Below, piece by piece: positions 34,941 through 39,517 of a stretch of 39,517 nucleotides of DNA. The DNA lies in contig JAYUAL010000438.1 in the NCBI GenBank assembly GCA_043741355.1, forward strand, positions 1 through 39,517, in the 5' to 3' direction. Position 1 is the stretch's first letter. Every line of letters begins with the position of its first letter. Below the pieces are notes generated by a model. It ran no database searches. It saw only the letters and a list, made by a program, of their open reading frames with translations, and was not told where the DNA came from. This DNA is from Gemmatimonadales bacterium. GTDB lineage: Bacteria > Gemmatimonadota > Gemmatimonadetes > Gemmatimonadales > GWC2-71-9. A program made the translations under genes and the position numbers.

Positions 34941-35594
34941 CTAGGGTTTACGCTTGCGATTGACTCCCGGCGCCGTCGCGCCGGTGCCGGGGGACGCCGT
35001 GGCGTCCGCGTTGTTGACCAGCGCGCGAATGCGAACCGCCAGCGCCGCAGACGGTGAGGCGCCCTGCGCGATGTCGCGTTGCACGTTGCGGCGGAGCGTG
35101 AGGTAATCCGTATCGTCCGCGTCGGAGGCGAGCGCCAGGACCGCACCAACTGCAGTATCGGCTGGTACGCCCGCCGCCACCAGATCCGCCATCACCGCGG
35201 CCGCGACGGTCAGGGGCAGGCCGGCGCGGAGCCTTCGTAGCCGCTCCAGTGATGACGCCGTGGCCCCGGCTCGGAGCGCGCTCGCCCCGGCGGTGACCTC
35301 GGCGGTGGAGGCGGCCATCCCGAAGGCGTCCCGCACCACGATCAGTTCGTTGCGGAGCCGGGCGACCGCGGTGACGATCAGGGCCGGCGAGGCGCCCTTG
35401 GCCGCGCCCTCGAGAGCCCGATCCACCAGGGGCTCGATGGGCAACCCACGGGTCCGCGCGGCGATCAGAATAGCGTCCACCTGCGCCCGCGCGGGGTCGG
35501 GTACCCGTCCGGCCAGCCGGGGCTCCTGGCCCCGCGCCGCCGACGTGGAGACCAGGAGGAGCACTGCAACGATGCCGAGGCGCGTGCGGCTCAT
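34941..35594 (-). CDS. Secreted Ala-rich helical protein; function unknown
   Basis: The internal ATG at 35594 overlaps the anti-sigma stop (ATGA). The signal peptide is MSRTRLGIVAVLLLVSTSAARG. I recognised no family. Confidence 0.5.
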   Translation of the reverse strand: MSRTRLGIVAVLLLVSTSAARGQEPRLAGRVPDPARAQVDAILIAARTRGLPIEPLVDRALEGAAKGASPALIVTAVARLRNELIVVRDAFGMAASTAEVTAGASALRAGATASSLERLRRLRAGLPLTVAAAVMADLVAAGVPADTAVGAVLALASDADDTDYLTLRRNVQRDIAQGASPSAALAVRIRALVNNADATASPGTGATAPGVNRKRKP

Positions 35595-36148
35595 GTGCCT
35601 TTGCCTCCCACCGTCACCACCGAGTTGACTCGGCCGAACTCGTCGTCCGCCGTCGGAGCCTCGGGATCGGGCTGCCAGAGGATGCCGTTCACGACGAAGG
35701 CGTAGCGGTAGCGGCCCGAAACCAGGGGGACCGCGACCGACCAGACTCCGCCGGCCCGCACCATCGGGGTCGCCGAGACGCTCCAGTCGTTGAAATCTCC
35801 CGCCACGGTGACCGATGACGCTCCCGGGGCTATCAGGACGAATTGCGTCAGTCGCCCGGTGGCAGAGGGCTCGCCGGCCGGCGGCAGAGCCGGGCCCTCC
35901 CGCCGGCTGACGAGGTGGACGGCGAGCGCCAGTCCGGCCAGGCCGGCCGCGAGGCCCAGGCCGCGAATCGGGGTCAGCCGGACGGTCCAGTGACGGCGCC
36001 ACCAGCGCACCGGGCTCGCGGCGGCGACTCCATGGGGCGGCAGGCGGCCGACTTCTGCCATGACCCGCGCGGTGAAGTCCGGCGCAATGGCCGCCGGCTC
36101 CCTGAGGATGTCGATGATCGGGTCGAGCGAAGGTTCTCGATCAGTCAC
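35591..36148 (-). CDS. Membrane-spanning anti-sigma factor with extracytoplasmic CBM48/AMPK1_CBM-like domain
   Basis: The GTG start overlaps the sigma gene by 8 nt. There is a single TM segment (GLGLAAGLAGLALAVHLV). The C-terminus is VTVAGDFNDWSVSATPMVRAGGVWSVAVPLVSGRYRYAFVVNGILWQPDP. Confidence 0.65.
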   Translation of the reverse strand: MTDREPSLDPIIDILREPAAIAPDFTARVMAEVGRLPPHGVAAASPVRWWRRHWTVRLTPIRGLGLAAGLAGLALAVHLVSRREGPALPPAGEPSATGRLTQFVLIAPGASSVTVAGDFNDWSVSATPMVRAGGVWSVAVPLVSGRYRYAFVVNGILWQPDPEAPTADDEFGRVNSVVTVGGKGT

Positions 36149-36686
36149 GTACCGTCTCCGCCAGCAGTTTGCGCAGCTCGTCCCGGGCCCGGAAGACTCT
36201 CATGCGTAGCGCGGCCGGGCGTACTCCGGTCACGGTTTCCATGACCTCATAGCTCAGGTCTTCGACGTGCTTGAGCAGGAACGCCTCCCGTTGCTCGGCG
36301 GGCAGTTGCTCGAGGGCCCAATGGATCGCGTCCCGCAATGCGTCGCGTCCCTCGGAGGACGCGACCGAGGCCGAGGCCAGCGCGACCTCGCTCCTCACCA
36401 TGATGCCCTGGGTGCGTGAGCGCTTGGCTGCGTGGGTCCGGCACCGGTTGACCAGAATAGTGAAGACCCAGGGTCCGAACCCGTCGGGACCCTCGCAGCG
36501 GGCGAGCGAGCGGTACGCGCGAATGAACGTATCCTGCAATGCATCCTCGGCATCGTCCCGGTTTCCGAGCATGCGGAGTGCGTAGCGCCCCAGGCGATCC
36601 CGGTAGCGGTCTACCAGTCGCGCATAGGTCCGGGTCTCCCCCGACAGCACCCGGCGCACCAGCACACCGTCGTTCTCTTCCCTCAC
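36141..36686 (-). CDS. ECF-type RNA polymerase sigma-70 family factor
   Basis: The region 2 segment is YRDRLGRYALRMLGNRDDAEDALQDTFIRAY. The region 4 segment is LPAEQREAFLLKHVEDLSYEVMETVTGVRPAALRMRVFRARDELR. Confidence 0.9.
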   Translation of the reverse strand: MREENDGVLVRRVLSGETRTYARLVDRYRDRLGRYALRMLGNRDDAEDALQDTFIRAYRSLARCEGPDGFGPWVFTILVNRCRTHAAKRSRTQGIMVRSEVALASASVASSEGRDALRDAIHWALEQLPAEQREAFLLKHVEDLSYEVMETVTGVRPAALRMRVFRARDELRKLLAETVRD

Positions 36687-36804
36687 AACTCGAATACCCC
36701 GGGTGAGGGCCCGGCGTCACGACCGGGGTCCCGGGTGACGTGTGACGCCGGGCAGGCTGGCGGGGTATACAAAGTCGGATTCAACCTTTCAAGCGAGGTT
36801 GCGT

Positions 36805-38346
36805 ATGGGCGCACGGGCGCTGCCGCTGGGGGCCTGGTTCCTCGCGATCTGCGCGGGGCCGGCCGGCGCGCAGCTCATTTCGATTCGCACGGTCCCGATC
36901 TCCCAATCCCACCAGTTCGACCTGTTCCCATCGCTGCGGATGGGCATGGGGGGCGTCTCGCTCGCGGTCGACGACTCCCTGGCGGATCCGTTCAGCAACC
37001 CCGCCAAGGGAGCCCGGCTGGGCGCGAGCAGGCTCTTCGGCTCGCCGGGAGTATATAGCGTGTCGCAGGGGGCCGGCGCCGGCCGTTCGCTGCCGGTGGG
37101 GGCCTGGGTGTGGTCCGACAACTGGTTCGGGGGCGCGTCGGTGGCCCTCCAGCAAATGGACCTGAGCGAGAACACCAATCGGTTCATCCCCTCTCCGCTC
37201 GCCTGTCCGGTTTGCGATTCTCGCGTGCCAGGTCCAGCGTTCGAGCCCCCCGCCGCCGGTCGCACCCGCGGCAACGCATTCGGGTACGCGATGCTCGGCA
37301 TGGCGGTGCCCAGGACGGGACTCTCCCTCGGGGCCAGCGTGCTCTGGGCTGGCCTCCACGGCGTGGACGGCGTGGACCTGCTCTACCCGGGCAGCATCGG
37401 CCTCAAACAGAACGGGAACGCGCTCGACCTGCGGCTCGGTGCGCTGCAGGAGTGGAAAGGGGGCCGGGCGTTGAGCGCGGTGGTGGTGCACAACCGGTAT
37501 GCGGCGACCCACAATGCGCTCTACCTCGATGGATTCTGGGATCCCGGCACCCAGCGGTTTTCCCAGCGGCCCCGGGCCGAGGAGAACCTCGACCAGACCA
37601 ACATCTGGGGCGCGCACCTGGAGTATTCCTTTCCGCTTCGGGCCCCCGGCTGGCGCCTGGGCTGGGTCGCCACCACCAATCTGATGTCGCACCCGAAGAT
37701 CCCCAACTACGCGATCCAGAACATCCCACGTGACCCGGGCAACTCCGAGGCGTTCAACCTCGGTGTCGGCATTTCCCGATCGGAGCGCGCGTCCACTTTC
37801 GCGCTGGACGTGCTCTACGAGCCCATCTGGAGCTACACCTGGGCCGATGCTGCTGCCCCGGTCGAAACCACCCGCGGCATCACGATTCCCGCCGGCGGCA
37901 AGACCATCGAGAACCGGTTCCGCTTCTCGAACGCACTCGTCCGCATGGGTCTCGCCCAGGACCTGGCGATGGATCAGGGCACCAAGGGAGTCGGGCTCCA
38001 GCTCGGGCTCGCGGTACACCGCATCGACTATTCGCTGGTGCAGAATGACAACGTGCAGGCCACCACACGGCGGCAGCGTGAGGACTGGGTCGAGTGGACT
38101 CCCACCTGGGGCCTGAGCCTCCGGTTTCCCGCCTGGGAGGTTCGCTATCGCGGCAGCGTGACCCACGGAACCGGTCGGCCGGGCGTGCGGTCCAGTGGCG
38201 ACGTGACCTTGGCCAACGTGCCGGGCACCATCCTGGTCGCGCCCAGTGGTCCCCTCACTCTGACCGGCGTGAAGGTGATGACCCATCAGGTGTCCATCTC
38301 GTTCCCGTTCCGGGCGGCCCGGTCCGGGAGGAGCGCGGAACCATGA
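36805..38346 (+). CDS. Secreted protein, possibly an outer-membrane beta-barrel; function unknown
   Basis: GAGG precedes ATG 36805. The signal peptide is MGARALPLGAWFLAICAGPAGAQ. The composition is rich in aromatic, Gly, Asn and Ser residues. The sequence ends near ...VSISFPF plus a short tail. Confidence 0.55.
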   Translation: MGARALPLGAWFLAICAGPAGAQLISIRTVPISQSHQFDLFPSLRMGMGGVSLAVDDSLADPFSNPAKGARLGASRLFGSPGVYSVSQGAGAGRSLPVGAWVWSDNWFGGASVALQQMDLSENTNRFIPSPLACPVCDSRVPGPAFEPPAAGRTRGNAFGYAMLGMAVPRTGLSLGASVLWAGLHGVDGVDLLYPGSIGLKQNGNALDLRLGALQEWKGGRALSAVVVHNRYAATHNALYLDGFWDPGTQRFSQRPRAEENLDQTNIWGAHLEYSFPLRAPGWRLGWVATTNLMSHPKIPNYAIQNIPRDPGNSEAFNLGVGISRSERASTFALDVLYEPIWSYTWADAAAPVETTRGITIPAGGKTIENRFRFSNALVRMGLAQDLAMDQGTKGVGLQLGLAVHRIDYSLVQNDNVQATTRRQREDWVEWTPTWGLSLRFPAWEVRYRGSVTHGTGRPGVRSSGDVTLANVPGTILVAPSGPLTLTGVKVMTHQVSISFPFRAARSGRSAEP

Positions 38347-39517
38347 CACGGATTCCGCTGGTTCTGGTCCTGGGATTGGCCGCCCTCGCGGGCTGCCAAC
38401 CGGAAGTCACGACACCCGACCCGCCGCAGCCCGGCATCGATGCCCAGCTGCGAGCCAGTATCGGAAATTGGGGCATCGTCCCGATTGGTGCGATGCCGGC
38501 GCAGAACCCGGCCCAGGTCGAGCTCGGTCGGGCGCTCTTTTTCGACAAGATCCTGAGCGGCAACCGGGACGTCGCGTGCGCAACCTGTCACGATGTGTCG
38601 GCCGCGCTCGGCGATGGGCGCTCGCTCTCGGTCGGCACCGGCGGCATCGGCGCGTCGGCCCCGCGCCGGCTTGGGCCGGGGCGCCAGTTCACCACCCGGA
38701 ACGCTCCGTCGCTGCTCAACGCGGGACTGGGCCTGTACACCATGTTCTGGGACCTCCGGCTGACCGGTCGCGAGCAGTTCACCACCACCCCGAGCGTGCC
38801 CCTTCCGCTGACCCTTCCCAACCTCCTGGCCGCCCAGGCGATGCTGCCGGTCTTGAGCCGGGGCGAGATGCGCGGCGCCCCGGGCGACGTCGACGTGCTC
38901 GGCAATCCCAATGAGCTCGCCCTGCCGGGAGACCAGCAGGCCACCGAGGTGTGGAACGCCATCACGACGCGGCTGGTAGCGGTCAACCAGTACGTGACCA
39001 TGTTCAATGCCGCGTTTCCGGGGTCCGGACGGATCGGGTTCGATCAGGCCGCCAGCGCGATCGCGGCGTTCCAGATGCAGGAGTTTACCCGCACCCGCTC
39101 GCCGTTCGATCGGTATCTCGACCGGGACGACGCGGCCATGACACTGCCGCAAAAACGTGGCGCGTTGCTCTTCTTCGGCAAGGCCCGGTGTGCCTCCTGC
39201 CACAACGGGCCGTTCCTCGGCGGCCAGGGCCTTGCCAACGTCGGAGCGCCGCAGATCGGTCCGGGCGGAACCAAACAGCCGCCGCTCGACCTGGGACGGG
39301 GAGAGCACGAGAACAACGACTTCTACCGATTTGCGTTCCGGGTGGCGCCGCTCCGCAATGTGGAGCTCACCGCGCCCTATTTTCACAGCGGAGCATATCG
39401 CACCCTCGAGGCCGTCGTGCGCCACTACAACGACGTACCGAAGTCGCTCAGCGAGTACGATCCGTCCCAGCTCGATCCGGACGTGCGGGCACTCTATCGC
39501 GGTGACCCGGTCACGGT
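38343..39517 (+). CDS. Di-haem cytochrome c peroxidase / MauG-family lipoprotein (3' end lies outside the window)
   Basis: This ORF is not in the ORF track because it has no stop. I translated it by hand from ATG 38343, which overlaps the upstream stop (ATGA). The lipobox is LAALAGC. Haem motifs are CATCH (38577-38591) and CASCH (39189-39203). The segment RVAPLRNVELTAPYFHSGAYRTLEAVVRHYN is typical of the CCP family. Confidence 0.85.
   Translation, partial: MTRIPLVLVLGLAALAGCQPEVTTPDPPQPGIDAQLRASIGNWGIVPIGAMPAQNPAQVELGRALFFDKILSGNRDVACATCHDVSAALGDGRSLSVGTGGIGASAPRRLGPGRQFTTRNAPSLLNAGLGLYTMFWDLRLTGREQFTTTPSVPLPLTLPNLLAAQAMLPVLSRGEMRGAPGDVDVLGNPNELALPGDQQATEVWNAITTRLVAVNQYVTMFNAAFPGSGRIGFDQAASAIAAFQMQEFTRTRSPFDRYLDRDDAAMTLPQKRGALLFFGKARCASCHNGPFLGGQGLANVGAPQIGPGGTKQPPLDLGRGEHENNDFYRFAFRVAPLRNVELTAPYFHSGAYRTLEAVVRHYNDVPKSLSEYDPSQLDPDVRALYRGDPVT

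Noticed and set aside
36781-36805. An ECF-type promoter look-alike, TCAACC-N16-CGTA, upstream of the OMP gene.
   Set aside because: The putative -10 (CGTA, 36802-36805) overlaps the ATG at 36805 that precedes a clear signal peptide. A transcript starting there would lack the start codon, so this is probably a chance match. A similar TCAACC-N17-CGTC at 11527-11552 is noted but has no obvious downstream gene other than the 48-codon stub.

Overview
This is a high-GC bacterial chromosomal window. A hand count gives 73% GC for bases 1-60, against 52.5% for 2761-3000 inside one obvious low-GC island. I found about 31 protein-coding genes and no rRNA, tRNA or CRISPR array. The protein repertoire includes a CarboxypepD_reg-type TonB receptor without a SusD partner, a sortilin/BNR protein, many lipoproteins and a DUF4349 protein. 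That looks like a Gemmatimonadota/Acidobacteriota-type Gram-negative, but the taxon is only a guess.

Layout:
- (i) 1-2509: the 3' part of a GH94 glycoside phosphorylase or cyclic-glucan-synthase-like gene, followed by a small lipoprotein.
- (ii) 2510-3888: a low-GC islet carrying an IS630-type transposase relic and a wHTH-MNT/HEPN toxin-antitoxin-like pair.
- (iii) 3889-11407, minus strand: a translationally coupled operon (beta-propeller-like lipoprotein, BNR/sortilin-like protein, secreted amidase, EamA transporter) plus another lipoprotein.
- (iv) 11696-29284: the central and most interesting block. It is a LacI-controlled locus containing a TonB-dependent receptor, a GH144-like lipoprotein, a CUT1 ABC importer, an unclassified 1041-aa CBM/(alpha/alpha)6 protein, a full-length GH94, a GH1 beta-glucosidase and a MsiK-like ATPase. 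I interpret it as a beta-1,2-glucan/sophoro-oligosaccharide utilisation system of a hybrid architecture that has not been described.
- (v) 29389-33750: an Arg-rich secreted protein, a Tat-exported GH109-like oxidoreductase, an M20 peptidase and a DUF4349 lipoprotein.
- (vi) 33783-36686: an ECF sigma/anti-sigma operon in which both the anti-sigma factor and a putative outer-membrane barrel carry CBM48-like domains.
- (vii) 36805-39517: a secreted/outer-membrane protein coupled to a di-haem cytochrome c peroxidase, truncated by the window end.

Unusual nucleotide-level signals:
- Two tandem-oligomer inverted-repeat structures sit over the 5' ends of genes for exported proteins. One is an 8-mer array forming a 38-bp sense-strand-specific hairpin at 17294-17385. 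The other is a GGGGAGC/GCTCCCC heptamer array with G-quadruplex potential at 31102-31269.
- Two perfect TGTAAACGTTTACA operators lie 20 bp apart.
- Three CTTATA hexamers are phased at exactly 20 bp upstream of the TA pair.
- A GTGAC-N4-GTCAC motif recurs at several places.

All functional calls rest on motif and architecture recognition by eye. No database search was run.
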